Source of the DNA: Candidatus Oxydemutatoraceae bacterium
GTDB taxonomy: Bacteria > Pseudomonadota > Gammaproteobacteria > Poriferisulfidales > Oxydemutatoraceae
Direction: 5' to 3'
Assembly: GCA_965212025.1 (NCBI GenBank)
Contig: OZ243039.1
Span: 1,018,983-1,082,982 of the forward strand
Length of the DNA stretch: 64,000 nt
Part shown: piece after piece, positions 1-11,320 of the stretch
Layout of the letters: every line of letters begins with the position of its first letter
Position numbering within the stretch: position 1 is the stretch's first letter
The notes under the pieces: generated by a model
Databases searched by the model: none
What the model was told of the DNA's origin: nothing
What the model saw: the letters and a program-made list of their open reading frames with translations, nothing else
Made by a program: the position numbers and the translations under genes

Positions 1-466
1 GTTCAATTCAGGATTGCGGCCTGCGCTTGATGTCGGACTGTCGGTGTCACGGGTAGGCGGCGCTGCGCAAAGAGAAATCATCAAAAAGCTGGGCGGCGGT
101 ATTCGTCTGGCGCTTGCCCAGTATCGCGAGTTGGCTGCTTTCTCACAGTTTGCTTCTGACCTTGACGAGCAAACCCGCAAGCAGCTGGAACGTGGGGAAC
201 GCATTATGGAATTGATGAAACAGAAACAATACATGCCGCTCAGTGTTGCGGATATTGCGGTATCCCTGTTCGCGGCAGACGCCGGATACCTCGATGATTT
301 GGCCGTAGGGAAAGTGACCACCTTCGAGTCCGACCTGCATGCCTACATGAAGAAAAACCACGCGGAGCTGATGGCGGAGATTAATGAGAGCGGCGAATAT
401 AACGACGAGATCAAAGCGCAGTTCATAAAGGCTCTGGACCAGTTCAAGTCAGAAATGCCCTTGTAA
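1..466 (+). CDS. atpA: ATP synthase F1 alpha subunit, C-terminal ~155 codons (gene starts upstream of the window)
   Basis: The frame is open from nt 2. The translation ...[12 protein letters not shown]...[25 protein letters not shown]...KQKQY matches the conserved AtpA C-terminus. atpG-atpD-atpC follow. Confidence 0.95.
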   Translation, partial: FNSGLRPALDVGLSVSRVGGAAQREIIKKLGGGIRLALAQYRELAAFSQFASDLDEQTRKQLERGERIMELMKQKQYMPLSVADIAVSLFAADAGYLDDLAVGKVTTFESDLHAYMKKNHAELMAEINESGEYNDEIKAQFIKALDQFKSEMPL

Positions 467-501
467 GTGGCACTGGCTGCAACAGATAGGGAAGACTGCT
501 G

Positions 502-1371
502 ATGGCGAACGAAAAAGAAATCCGCTTAAAAATTACCAGCGTCCAGAACACGCGCAAAATTACCAAAGCCATGGAAATGGTGGCGGCAAGTAAAATGCGC
601 CGTGCGCAAGACCAGATGTACGCCGCGCGCCCCTATTCGGAAAAATTAAGTGAAGTGGCGCAGCACCTGGCGGCTTCCTCGCTCAAGTATCGGCACCCTT
701 GGCTGCTTGAGAGGGAGAAGGTTCGGAATGTCGGTTTTATCATTGTTGCCACTGACCGTGGCCTGTGCGGCGGGCTGAACAACAACGTGTTCAATCTCGC
801 GGGCAAAGAAATTTCCCAGTGGTCCAGGCAGAAAGTCGAGGCCAGCTTGTGCGTGTTTGGCAAAAAGGGCATCAACTTCTTCAAACGGCTTTTCAAGTTG
901 GTGGCGACTGCCCGGCATTTGGGTGACCGACCCGCCATGAAAGACCTGATCGGTCCCATTCGCGTCATGCTGGATGCCTTCAACAGTCAGGAAATAGATC
1001 GCCTGTTCCTTGTCGAGAACGGCTTCGAGAACACCATGAGGCAGACCCCCAGAGTCAGGCAGTTGCTGCCTATTCCCCAGCCTGTCCGTTCAGAGGCTGA
1101 GGAATCAGGCAGAAGCTGGGATTACATTTATGAGCCGGACAACATGGGTCTTCCCGACATCGTGTTGGGGCGTTATGTAGAGGCTCTGGTCTATCAGGCT
1201 GTTGTCGAGAACGTGGCGTGTGAAATGGCAGCCAGGATGGTTGCCATGAAAAGTGCTTCGGACAATGCCGGCGAGATGGTGGACGAATTGCGTCTTTCGT
1301 TTAACAAAGCGCGGCAGATGTCTATTACTCAGGAAATTTCGGAGATCGTTGGCGGTGCCGCGGCGGTTTGA
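502..1371 (+). CDS. atpG: ATP synthase F1 gamma subunit
   Basis: 289 aa. The N-terminus [31 protein letters not shown] and the C-terminus [15 protein letters not shown] are typical gamma-subunit termini. The gene lies between atpA and atpD. Confidence 0.95.
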   Translation: MANEKEIRLKITSVQNTRKITKAMEMVAASKMRRAQDQMYAARPYSEKLSEVAQHLAASSLKYRHPWLLEREKVRNVGFIIVATDRGLCGGLNNNVFNLAGKEISQWSRQKVEASLCVFGKKGINFFKRLFKLVATARHLGDRPAMKDLIGPIRVMLDAFNSQEIDRLFLVENGFENTMRQTPRVRQLLPIPQPVRSEAEESGRSWDYIYEPDNMGLPDIVLGRYVEALVYQAVVENVACEMAARMVAMKSASDNAGEMVDELRLSFNKARQMSITQEISEIVGGAAAV

Positions 1372-2808
<1,437 letters not shown>

Positions 2809-2823
2809 GCGCGAGATGAAGCC

Positions 2824-3243
2824 ATGCCGACCATAGAAGTACGCATAGTCAGCCAGAAGGGCGAGGTCTATAACGGCAAGGCGAATGTCGTCAACGCGGA
2901 TGCGCAAGAAGGCGGAGTCGGAATTTATCCCGGGCACGCACCACTCCTGGCCTTGCTCCGACCCGGTGAAGTCAAAGTGCAAACCGAGGGAAAGGAAGAC
3001 CTGAGCTTTTTTGTTGCCGGCGGCATGCTCGAAGTCCAACCCGACTTGGTGACAGTTTTGGCAGACACTGTTGAACGCAGCGAGGACTTGGACAAAGACC
3101 GTGCCGAAGCGGCAAAGAAACAGGCAGAAACGTTCTCACAGAAAGGCGATATCAGCCCTGAGGACAGAGCCAGAGCCGTTGAGCAACTGGCCGAAGCGGT
3201 TGCCCGCTTGCGCCTGATCGAAGAGCTTCAAAAAAGGCATTAA
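2824..3243 (+). CDS. atpC: ATP synthase F1 epsilon subunit
   Basis: 139 aa, starting 16 nt after atpD. Size and layout (beta-sandwich followed by a helical hairpin) are epsilon-like. Confidence 0.92.
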   Translation: MPTIEVRIVSQKGEVYNGKANVVNADAQEGGVGIYPGHAPLLALLRPGEVKVQTEGKEDLSFFVAGGMLEVQPDLVTVLADTVERSEDLDKDRAEAAKKQAETFSQKGDISPEDRARAVEQLAEAVARLRLIEELQKRH

Positions 3244-3795
3244 CCCCACCCCACCCGGGGACAGATCCCCCAAGACCCCAAGGTCTTTCAAGGGGCACGG
3301 CGGCTATCTTCTGTGATGTGCCTGGCTGTTGCTGCCATCACAGCTTGGATCATATTGCCAGGCAATAATTCAGTGTTGGTTTTTTGCGCACAGTGTGAGC
3401 TAATAGCATTTACGTTATTTTTGCCGCAAAATTGCTTTGATGTAAAATAGCATTATAAATGAAAAATAAGTCTTTTATCAAGTAATCACGTGTAGTTATT
3501 ACGAAAACAGCAAAACACGCCTCAAATTTCTGGTACAATTGATGCGCAACCTCGAAAGCACGCTGTCTAAAGCCTAAGATGCGGCTTTCTTCGAGCTAGC
3601 GGGTTAATTGTAAAATGTTTGACTTATGCGTAAATTGTGTTGATGATTTTTTATTGGTCTCTGTTTTCAAAATAAAGTAAACATGTTTTGGTAGTTATTC
3701 CAGAGCTTTTGACAAATCGTTCTGCCACCTTCAGTTAATTGGTGCAAACATCTACAGTTGCCGCTATCAATTTTTGCTGATTAGTCCACAAGGCA

Positions 3796-3824
3796 TTGAC
3801 TTAGCGACAACCATTACATACAAT
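3796..3824 (+). promoter_or_regulatory. Near-consensus sigma70-type promoter candidate (TTGACT - 17 nt - TACAAT)
   Basis: TTGACT lies at 3796-3801, followed by a 17-nt spacer and TACAAT at 3819-3824. The element sits about 270 nt upstream of the ATG at 4093 in an AT-rich spacer. AT-rich DNA produces such matches by chance. Confidence 0.35.
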
Positions 3825-4092
3825 TTAAAGAATCAGAGAAGGATTTAGTCGAGAAAAAATAGAAAAAACAAAAGTACATTTTGTGTTTTGATGGTTCTTT
3901 TTCTGGAAAGTATTCACGTACCGTCTTGAGATTATTCCTATCCGGAACATAAGCCCTGGCCGTTGGATTTCCTTATTTTTCCAAATAAATGCGTCTGATA
4001 AATAAAAAAGGCATCCGTGTGCCATGCATCAAGTTAGTAAAACACTGTCTCTGCACTGTCACTTTATCTAAAGTCACCGGAATTTCTGCACC

Positions 4093-5838
4093 ATGCCTAT
4101 CCTAAAAGAGATTGAAGAATTATTTCAGGTGCTGGCAGCCCATGCAGCGGGAGAAAGAAATTTAGAAACTTTGGCAGGTGCCCTGCCTACAGCATTGGAG
4201 GAGTGGCCACCTGAAATCAAACAGTTGTGGAATAGGCTTGGTCAAGTCAATTGCAGTCAACTGGAAAGCAAACTTTTTAGGCGCTACTCGTTTTTGGAGA
4301 ATGTTTCGCAACTTCAGGAGCAAATTGATGACAGAGTTCGTGAAATCTTGACACTACGCACTTTCGCCACTGGAACAGGCGAAACACTACAAGAATTAGG
4401 GGACAGATACGGCGTAACAAGGGAGCGAATACGGCAGCTTGAGAAAAATTCAGTTCAGAAACTCAAGTCACTTCGCAACGAAAAAATGTTCGGAGTAATA
4501 ACCCGGAGAGCAGCGGCATTGCGTAAGCGCTTAGGGTCAGCCGTGCCTCGGGGAGGTACCACAGTTGAGAAGGAACTGGATTGGGCTTGTGAAGACCTGA
4601 ATGGCAGCGACAATATCGACTTGCCCTTCATTAGAGCATTAGTACTTTCGCTGGCAGGCCCCTACAAACTATCCGAAAACTGGTTGCTCGCGAAAAATAA
4701 ACTTCCCAAGTTAACATTTGATGAGCTATTAAAGCGCCAAGATGGCCGTGGGCTGATATCACAAGCAGAAATCACCGAAATCCTTAACAATTTTGAATTG
4801 AAAGAGGAGTACCACGAAAGATGGATTGAGAGCTTGCCAGGTTTGTTTCCCGTTGAAGGAGGCGTTCTTCATTCTCGCAAGAGTCAATCGGATAAAGTCC
4901 ACGCGCTCTTGCGCTATTACAACCAACCTGTGGGAATTGAAAAGCTGGCTGAAGAAGTTGGGGAATGCTCTGAACGGAGTTTAAGGCAACGCTTGATATC
5001 TGACTCAAGGTTTATGCGAATAAACAAGAAGTGCGAATTCGTAATCGCTGGTACAACAGACCACAAAGAGTACACCCACATCGTCGATAAGATTATTCAG
5101 GAAATTGATGCATCTGGAGGCAAGGCATCTTCTGCCCACCTGGTTGAAAAAATATCAAATACATACGGCGTTAAAGGGAGTTCGGTTCTCGCCTATCTCA
5201 AAACGAAAAAATTCACGATAGACGAAAATAACATGGCGAGTATCCGCGACATGAGTGACGGCATCATCATCCCTACAGACATTAGCAAGTCGACCTCATG
5301 CTATCGAAGTAACGGAGAAATATGGGCCTGGCGGCTTTTAGTCAATAAAGACATGTTACGAGGAAGCGGGATGTTTGTTCCGAACGCATTTGCGCGAATC
5401 TTGGGTTGCAAGCCCGGAAACAAAATCCGACCCGAGACAGAATTTGGCTCCGTAGCTGTGAGCTGGCGACTTGAAGCAATTGGTGGGGCGTCAATTGGCT
5501 CGCTTCGTCATGTGGCTGAATTTTACAAAGCACAACTGGGTGACTATATTTTCGTCAAGGCGACCAAACCCAAAATTACTTTTGTGCACCTTAGCCGGTC
5601 ATCCTTGGATGAGGCAGAAACTAACCTCATTCGTTTGAGTCTTCTTCTTGGGTGCGGTCTCCAGGAAAACGATGCACAAGCCAAAACAAGTATTTACAGG
5701 ACTTTGGGCATCTACGCACTGTCTGACCACGAAAGTCTGGTCGAGGCAGTCCGCTTGCTTCAAGCGCGCAAGGAAACCGAGTTGGTGAAATTGATTACAC
5801 TCCAGTCCTTTCCCTCAATGGATCTATTGCTAACCTAA
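4093..5838 (+). CDS. Hypothetical 581-aa protein with a sigma-70 region-4-like HTH near the N-terminus
   Basis: Long ORF. The segment TLQELGDRYGVTRERIRQLEKNSVQKLKSL reads like sigma-70 region 4.2. Downstream segments (HALLRYYNQPVGIEKLAEEVG...SRFMRINKKCEFVI and ASSAHLVEKISNTYGVKGSSVLAYLKTKKFTID) look like further winged-helix units. Function is unknown. Confidence 0.6.
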   Translation: MPILKEIEELFQVLAAHAAGERNLETLAGALPTALEEWPPEIKQLWNRLGQVNCSQLESKLFRRYSFLENVSQLQEQIDDRVREILTLRTFATGTGETLQELGDRYGVTRERIRQLEKNSVQKLKSLRNEKMFGVITRRAAALRKRLGSAVPRGGTTVEKELDWACEDLNGSDNIDLPFIRALVLSLAGPYKLSENWLLAKNKLPKLTFDELLKRQDGRGLISQAEITEILNNFELKEEYHERWIESLPGLFPVEGGVLHSRKSQSDKVHALLRYYNQPVGIEKLAEEVGECSERSLRQRLISDSRFMRINKKCEFVIAGTTDHKEYTHIVDKIIQEIDASGGKASSAHLVEKISNTYGVKGSSVLAYLKTKKFTIDENNMASIRDMSDGIIIPTDISKSTSCYRSNGEIWAWRLLVNKDMLRGSGMFVPNAFARILGCKPGNKIRPETEFGSVAVSWRLEAIGGASIGSLRHVAEFYKAQLGDYIFVKATKPKITFVHLSRSSLDEAETNLIRLSLLLGCGLQENDAQAKTSIYRTLGIYALSDHESLVEAVRLLQARKETELVKLITLQSFPSMDLLLT

Positions 5839-6252
5839 ACCTAAGGGTACTCGCCAAGAGGCAGGGTTGAACTCAAAAACCATGATTGGATTGCTGCCAG
5901 TAAGTCCTTTGAGAATCACCAAGCGATGGCACTTGGTCAGTTGTCTCAAACCTGTAAACAATGTCATTTTTAATTTTCGTACCCCTTTTTCGGGCAACGT
6001 TCAAGAATTTTTGAGTCCTCCAACGAAACGAGCGAAGCTATAAATGGTGTGGTATAAATAAAGTGTTGCTTAATGAAAGATAACGGCAACATCCGACGTT
6101 CAGTAGAGACCTGTTAATTTGTCAGGAAGCCACTTAAAAAAATCTTACGGTACGAATATCGCAGATGCTGTTTTGCGGTTGCTCAAACAGGGCGCAAGAA
6201 CTAACGCTGAATTTTTGGCAATCCTGTGTAAAATAGCGACTAAGCTTTATAA

Positions 6253-6684
6253 ATGAGGAACATTATGGAGTCTAAACAACCACAGCCAGTTATGGAAATA
6301 AATCTTCATAGCTTGGATGACATTCTGAGAAAACTCCCATCTGAATTTCAACAAGTTACCAAAAACTTGCCGGAGCTGAAAAAATTGGCGGCGTTGGCTA
6401 AACTTGAAAGTTATACGATTAAGGCTCGTTTGTACAACGAAATTAAAGTTACAGATTTGCGCGGTACAGAAAATTCCATAGACGCAGAAATTCGAGTTAA
6501 TCCGGAATACATAGAGGCTCACAAACATTATTTGGATATCCGGGAAAACTATGACCGTGCGTATACTGTGAAAGAACAATTTCTCCAAAAAGCAAGCGCA
6601 TTGAAAGGATTGATATCCTTATTTGAATCTCGATATTGGGACATTAACTCAAACATTGATACAGCCACATTGAAGAAAGAGTAA
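6253..6684 (+). CDS. Hypothetical small helical protein (139-143 aa)
   Basis: The ORF has a helical, heptad-like composition. A GAGGA Shine-Dalgarno precedes the internal ATG at 6265, which is the more likely start. No domain recognised. Confidence 0.5.
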   Translation: MRNIMESKQPQPVMEINLHSLDDILRKLPSEFQQVTKNLPELKKLAALAKLESYTIKARLYNEIKVTDLRGTENSIDAEIRVNPEYIEAHKHYLDIRENYDRAYTVKEQFLQKASALKGLISLFESRYWDINSNIDTATLKKE

Positions 6685-6710
6685 TTAAAGCCGGTCAAAG
6701 GCTGACTGCT

Positions 6711-6800
6711 AATATGCAAACTTACCTCATTTGTTTTCAACCGTCCTTTGCGTTTCCTAAAGTCCGAAATCACGTGCTCAACGTGCCGGCAGCATCTTGG
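6711..6800 (-). pseudogene. 3'-end remnant (about the last 30 codons) of a second DUF45/YgjP-type gene
   Basis: The minus-strand translation ...RHVEHVISDFRKRKGRLKTNEVSLHI parallels the C-terminus of the intact DUF45 gene (...RHVENVISDFRECKEWLKTNGTSLHI, 7644-7740). The DNA is alignable by eye and the stop codon has been lost. Confidence 0.6.
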
Positions 6801-6929
6801 TAGATGTAAAAGCCTGGCGGCGCGGGTCTCGTTTTTCCGGGTGCAGCAGCTTTTTTATCCGTTTGGTCTGGAATTTGGGGTACAGACCAGGAATGAGGTT
6901 ATTCTTCAGAGTGGTCGCCGATGTGTTTT

Positions 6930-7556
6930 CTAGTCTTCAGACTCCATGCGAACCCGTCTCTCAGATAAGGTCTCGTTTTCAAACACCCAAAAGTCTGGTC
7001 CCCTTACACTGCTCCGCGTTTTTCCGAAATCCCGATTCAATATTGACAGTGCTGACTGGGAAAGAGATACGCGCTCACCTTCAAACCATACTTTTTGGTT
7101 ATCAGCCACAGTGACCTGGATTTCTTCGTTTTGGACGAATGACAGCGTTGCCCCAACGTCTATACCAACCATTGAAAACCTGAAGTTTCTTTTTCGTCCT
7201 TTGGTGGGAGTTAGTCGGTCTTCCTGACTACCAACGATATCTTTTCTAAGGGTGATGTTCTCAATTTCAAACTGTTTAAAGACTTTCAGCACATGTTTTG
7301 GATTCACCTCAAAGAATTCTCGTTCTGGACTAACCCTACAATCCTCAAAGTAGCTGTGTAAGCCTTTTTCCACTTTTTTGGAATCTGCAACGGGGCGCGC
7401 GTAATAGACTTCAAACGCAACTGGGACTTCCTCGTGTAAAGACAACCGCTTAACTAGCTTCTCCAAGTTTGGAGTCCGGCCAATTTTTACAATACACGGC
7501 ATGGCTGGGTTTCTAAGAATGTAGACTGTTTCGTTCATGTAGCTGTTCTCCGTCAC
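6930..7556 (-). CDS. T5orf172 (GIY-YIG-like) domain protein with an extra C-terminal domain
   Basis: 208 aa. The N-terminus VYILRNPAMPCIVKIGRT...LEKLVKRL...PVAFEVYYA...VEKGLHSYFEDCRV...REFFEV follows the T5orf172/MUG113 pattern. The gene lies downstream of the hsdR-DUF45 pair. Confidence 0.6.
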   Translation of the reverse strand: MTENSYMNETVYILRNPAMPCIVKIGRTPNLEKLVKRLSLHEEVPVAFEVYYARPVADSKKVEKGLHSYFEDCRVSPEREFFEVNPKHVLKVFKQFEIENITLRKDIVGSQEDRLTPTKGRKRNFRFSMVGIDVGATLSFVQNEEIQVTVADNQKVWFEGERVSLSQSALSILNRDFGKTRSSVRGPDFWVFENETLSERRVRMESED

Positions 7557-7643
7557 TTTTGAAAGCAGGAGTGTATCAATTTTTCGGCAAAAGGCGCTAC
7601 GTATGCTCCGAACGCCTCGGATGCCTGCTGGGGGGGTACCCCA

Positions 7644-8345
7644 TTAAATATGCAGACTTGTCCCATTCGTTTTAAGCCACTCCTTGCATTCCCTAAAGTC
7701 TGAAATCACGTTCTCAACGTGCCGCCAGTACCGTGGCGAGTGGTTAAGCTCCAATATATGGCACAGCTCGTGCACCACGACATAATCGACTATGCGGTGT
7801 GGTGCCATGATGATCCGCCAGTTGTAGGAAATGTCACCTGAAACTGAACAGGAACCCCATTTCGACTTGTAGTCCTTCACCCGCACGGGCTTCGGCTCAA
7901 CCCTTATGGCTGATGCGTAGCGCTCGGTCTTCTCATGCAGGCGAAACAGTGCCTGCGACTTGTACCATTGAGCCAAAGAGGCTTTTACGGAACAGCCCAC
8001 ATCGCCTTCTGAAAGACCCGGTGGGACAGGTACCTCGATATATCCATTTTTGAACCCGACCTCGCCAGAGCCTCCTGCAACCTTTTTAAGGCGGTAGTTG
8101 CGTCCCAGAAAGAGGAAGGCCTCTCCGTTGACGTATTCCTTGGCCTTGGGCGGCGGGGTTTCCGCCTGAATCTTGAGTTGCTGCTGTATCCATCTAGACC
8201 TTTTCTGGATAAGGTTTTGAGCCCACCGGTCAGACAGGTTTTTCGGCATGGTCAGCTTGACCGTTTCCCCATCAAGCTGAATGGAGGCAGACCGCTTGCG
8301 GTTGGTACGCACGATCTTTACGCGGAAATCAAAATTGGCTGTCAC
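7644..8345 (-). CDS. DUF45/YgjP-type zinc metallohydrolase
   Basis: 233 aa with the HExxH motif VVHELCHILELNHSPRYW. The GTG start overlaps the hsdR stop (GTGA), which is the usual partner arrangement for type I hsdR. Confidence 0.8.
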   Translation of the reverse strand: MTANFDFRVKIVRTNRKRSASIQLDGETVKLTMPKNLSDRWAQNLIQKRSRWIQQQLKIQAETPPPKAKEYVNGEAFLFLGRNYRLKKVAGGSGEVGFKNGYIEVPVPPGLSEGDVGCSVKASLAQWYKSQALFRLHEKTERYASAIRVEPKPVRVKDYKSKWGSCSVSGDISYNWRIIMAPHRIVDYVVVHELCHILELNHSPRYWRHVENVISDFRECKEWLKTNGTSLHI

Positions 8346-11320
8346 TTGAACTTTCTCTTTGCCAGTTCCATAAAGCGGTCGCTCACTGCTTTAACGGGCG
8401 ACTCGTCAAAATGCTCAATCAGGGCTCGCCTGATAATCTTCCTGACTCTTTTCTGTTCGTCCCATTTTTCCCAGAACCCCACAACGTGGGTTGCTTCCTC
8501 TATTTTGGAGACCAGAGACCGAGTCAGCATTTTGAGTTTTTCTGCTCTTTCCTCATCAGGGCTTTCGCCAGCTTGGGGTTTCTGGATTTCTGCTTCCAGG
8601 ATGTTGTAGAAAGGAGACTCTTTCATGGAAAGGCCGAGGTCATCCGCTTTCTTTTTGTGGTCGGCTTCCATGTTGTCACCTAAATCTATGAGGCCTTGAA
8701 CCAATTCATCCCACTTTTCTCCGTGTCTGCGAATGATGTCTTCCAAACGCTCGGAGAGAGACTTGTAATATTCAGGGTCATCGTCGAAGTTAACCTTGAT
8801 GTGACTCCGGATTGCGTTCACCATTTCAGATGCCCTTGATCTGGATGACTTGTACTGTCCTAACCGCTCTTTGAGGTCTTTTCCAAACAAGTCAACAGGG
8901 GCGATTCTGGTGGCAATTCCGGTTGAGTCAACATGCTCTTCAATCAGTCTCCTAACCTTCTCGCCTGCTGCCGTGATATCCAACTGTTCGTCCCGATAAC
9001 GATTTTTCGCACCAAGAGTAATTTTTCCCAGGTTCTTGAGATCGTGACAAAATGGGGCAGCCGCAGGGTTGGGGAGAATAATGTCCATTTGCCTTGCAAA
9101 GACCTGAAAATCTGCCTGGAAGTTCCGTCTTTTGACTGCATCTTCCAATGCCAAAATACATTCTTCCCAATCATCCATATCCAGCCCTTTGAAGTATTGA
9201 ATAACACGAGTGTGGGAATTCTTGAGTTTCGGAATTTCGTCCTTTAGTTCTATCAATGCACCCTGAACATCGTCCGTTGAAAACATGCTCAACGCTTCAT
9301 CGATGTAGTCGCTTAGGCCATAGTAGTCAACGATGTAGCCTCGGAACTTTTGCCTGTTTGGACGGTTCACCCGCGCGATTGCCTGCAGAAGGTTGTGGTC
9401 AGAGAGCTTACGGTCCAGGTACATAACCTGTGCGATGGGTGCATCAAAGCCGGTCAACAGCATGTCTTTGACGATAAGGAAACTCAGGTCTGACTGACCT
9501 TCACCTGTCCCGAAAGGTTTCTTGAAATCTTCAATCTGCCGTTTGTGTTTATTGCCGTCTGTATGTTCCCGGAACCGTTTCGGGTCGTTCTGTTCGCACG
9601 AGATGATCACTGCTGACTCAGGCGCTTCTAACCTATCCAGCTGCTCCTTGTAGGTAATCGCCGCTTTGCGGGATGAGGTGGCAATCATCGCCTTGAAGCC
9701 ATTGGGCTGGATATGTTCACAGTAATGTTCGAGGATATCTGCGCACACTTCGCGAATGCGGAGAGGTGCCTCCAGAATCGCCTTTTCAGTTCCGTATTTC
9801 TTTTTGACTGCCGCCTTTTCCTCGGCAGGACTGTCCGATAAGTAGTCCTCGAAGAGATTATCAAGCGAGCCTCCTGCCACTTGAAGCTCTGCCTCCCTGC
9901 CTTCATACACAATCTGGATTGTTGCTCCGTCTTTTACGGCTTCTTCGATGGTGTAGGTGTCGATATAAGACCCAAACTCGCGACTGGTCTTCTGCGTTTT
10001 GATAAGAGGCGTCCCGGTGAAGGCGATCTTTGGGGCATTAGGGAGCGCCGAGTTTAGTGCTGCGCCTAGGGTGCCATACTGAGTCCGGTGCGCTTCATCT
10101 GTCAGAACAATGATTTTTTCCGATTCATTGAGAACCGGAAATTCATCGCCATTTGTCCTCTCTTGGAACTTCTGAACTGTGGCTATGACGATATTTGAAG
10201 AGTCTGTCATCAAGAGTTCCTTCAGGGACTCTATCGAGTCTGCGTGTTGGACTGTCTCGCTTTGCGCACGGGTGAAAGTAGCGTTCAATTGGGTGTCCAA
10301 CTGGGTTCTGTCAGTGAGAAAGACGAGTTTACGGTCTCGCAGCTCCGGGTCTCTGCGCATCTTTATAGTCAAGAAGACCATGGTCAGCGACTTGCCCGAA
10401 CCTTGCGTGTGCCAGATGACACCGCCTTTTTCTCTGCGACTTGAGCCTGCCTTGATGCGTTTAATGGTCTTGTGAACTGCGCGGAACTGCTGATATCGGG
10501 CAATTTTCTTAACGGTACGCCCATCAACCGGTTCGAAGACCGTGAAGTTCTGCACAATGTCGAGGAAGTTGGCCTTGGAGAACAGACCTGCAATCAGTAT
10601 CCCCTGGGAATTTGCTTCTGAACCCACCTGCTCAACGTTTAGAGGGTAGGGGTCTTTCCACTCCAAATAATGTTCCATGCGGGACGTGATCGAGCCAAAC
10701 CGTGCCTTGCTCCCACAGCTGGAGACCATCATCTGGTTGTAATAAAAGAGCTTCTCCGCACCCTCGTCATCAGATGGGCTTCTGCGATTTGCATAACGCA
10801 GAAGCTGGTTAATGCCTGCCTGCATCGGATCGGTGATGTATGGAGATTTACATTCAATGACTGCCAGAGGAAGTCCATTCACGAATAGAACAATGTCGGG
10901 GATGATGTTTTGATGAACACCGGAGACCTTGAACTGGCTGGTACAAAGGAACTCATTACTCTCTGGGGTTTGAAAATCTATGATACGGACTGTCTGACCT
11001 TTGTTCCCCTTACCCAAGTCCTGCATCACTGAGACGCACCGGTTGAGGGCATTCCATATGAACTGATTTGCTTCAATCAGATTGCTGTGAGGGGTTTTGA
11101 TGAGATCACGCACCACTTTGCTGAGGTTCCCGGCATCTATCCACGGATTAATGCGTTTGATGCTTGCGGCAAGTCGTTTCTCAAGAACCACATCCTTGAA
11201 AGACCCCCGTTCACCAAACCCATCGGGGGAAAGTTCTGCCGCTTCGACATACGACCACCCCAAAGACTGGAGTTGTTTCAGTGCGGGAAGTTCTACGCTG
11301 TCACGCTCGTCCGTACTCAC
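8342..11320 (-). CDS. hsdR: Type I restriction enzyme, R (endonuclease/translocase) subunit
   Basis: 992 aa, intact. Walker A HTQGSGKSLTM, DEAH box VLTDEAHRTQ, and an N-terminal nuclease-like region. The GTG start overlaps the stop of the upstream DUF2513-like gene. Confidence 0.95.
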   Translation of the reverse strand: MSTDERDSVELPALKQLQSLGWSYVEAAELSPDGFGERGSFKDVVLEKRLAASIKRINPWIDAGNLSKVVRDLIKTPHSNLIEANQFIWNALNRCVSVMQDLGKGNKGQTVRIIDFQTPESNEFLCTSQFKVSGVHQNIIPDIVLFVNGLPLAVIECKSPYITDPMQAGINQLLRYANRRSPSDDEGAEKLFYYNQMMVSSCGSKARFGSITSRMEHYLEWKDPYPLNVEQVGSEANSQGILIAGLFSKANFLDIVQNFTVFEPVDGRTVKKIARYQQFRAVHKTIKRIKAGSSRREKGGVIWHTQGSGKSLTMVFLTIKMRRDPELRDRKLVFLTDRTQLDTQLNATFTRAQSETVQHADSIESLKELLMTDSSNIVIATVQKFQERTNGDEFPVLNESEKIIVLTDEAHRTQYGTLGAALNSALPNAPKIAFTGTPLIKTQKTSREFGSYIDTYTIEEAVKDGATIQIVYEGREAELQVAGGSLDNLFEDYLSDSPAEEKAAVKKKYGTEKAILEAPLRIREVCADILEHYCEHIQPNGFKAMIATSSRKAAITYKEQLDRLEAPESAVIISCEQNDPKRFREHTDGNKHKRQIEDFKKPFGTGEGQSDLSFLIVKDMLLTGFDAPIAQVMYLDRKLSDHNLLQAIARVNRPNRQKFRGYIVDYYGLSDYIDEALSMFSTDDVQGALIELKDEIPKLKNSHTRVIQYFKGLDMDDWEECILALEDAVKRRNFQADFQVFARQMDIILPNPAAAPFCHDLKNLGKITLGAKNRYRDEQLDITAAGEKVRRLIEEHVDSTGIATRIAPVDLFGKDLKERLGQYKSSRSRASEMVNAIRSHIKVNFDDDPEYYKSLSERLEDIIRRHGEKWDELVQGLIDLGDNMEADHKKKADDLGLSMKESPFYNILEAEIQKPQAGESPDEERAEKLKMLTRSLVSKIEEATHVVGFWEKWDEQKRVRKIIRRALIEHFDESPVKAVSDRFMELAKRKFK

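Noticed and set aside
3825-4025. 66-codon minus-strand ORF in the AT-rich spacer
   Set aside because: Its composition is driven by AT-rich DNA (I/F/K/N-rich). It has no SD and no partner genes, so it is probably noise.
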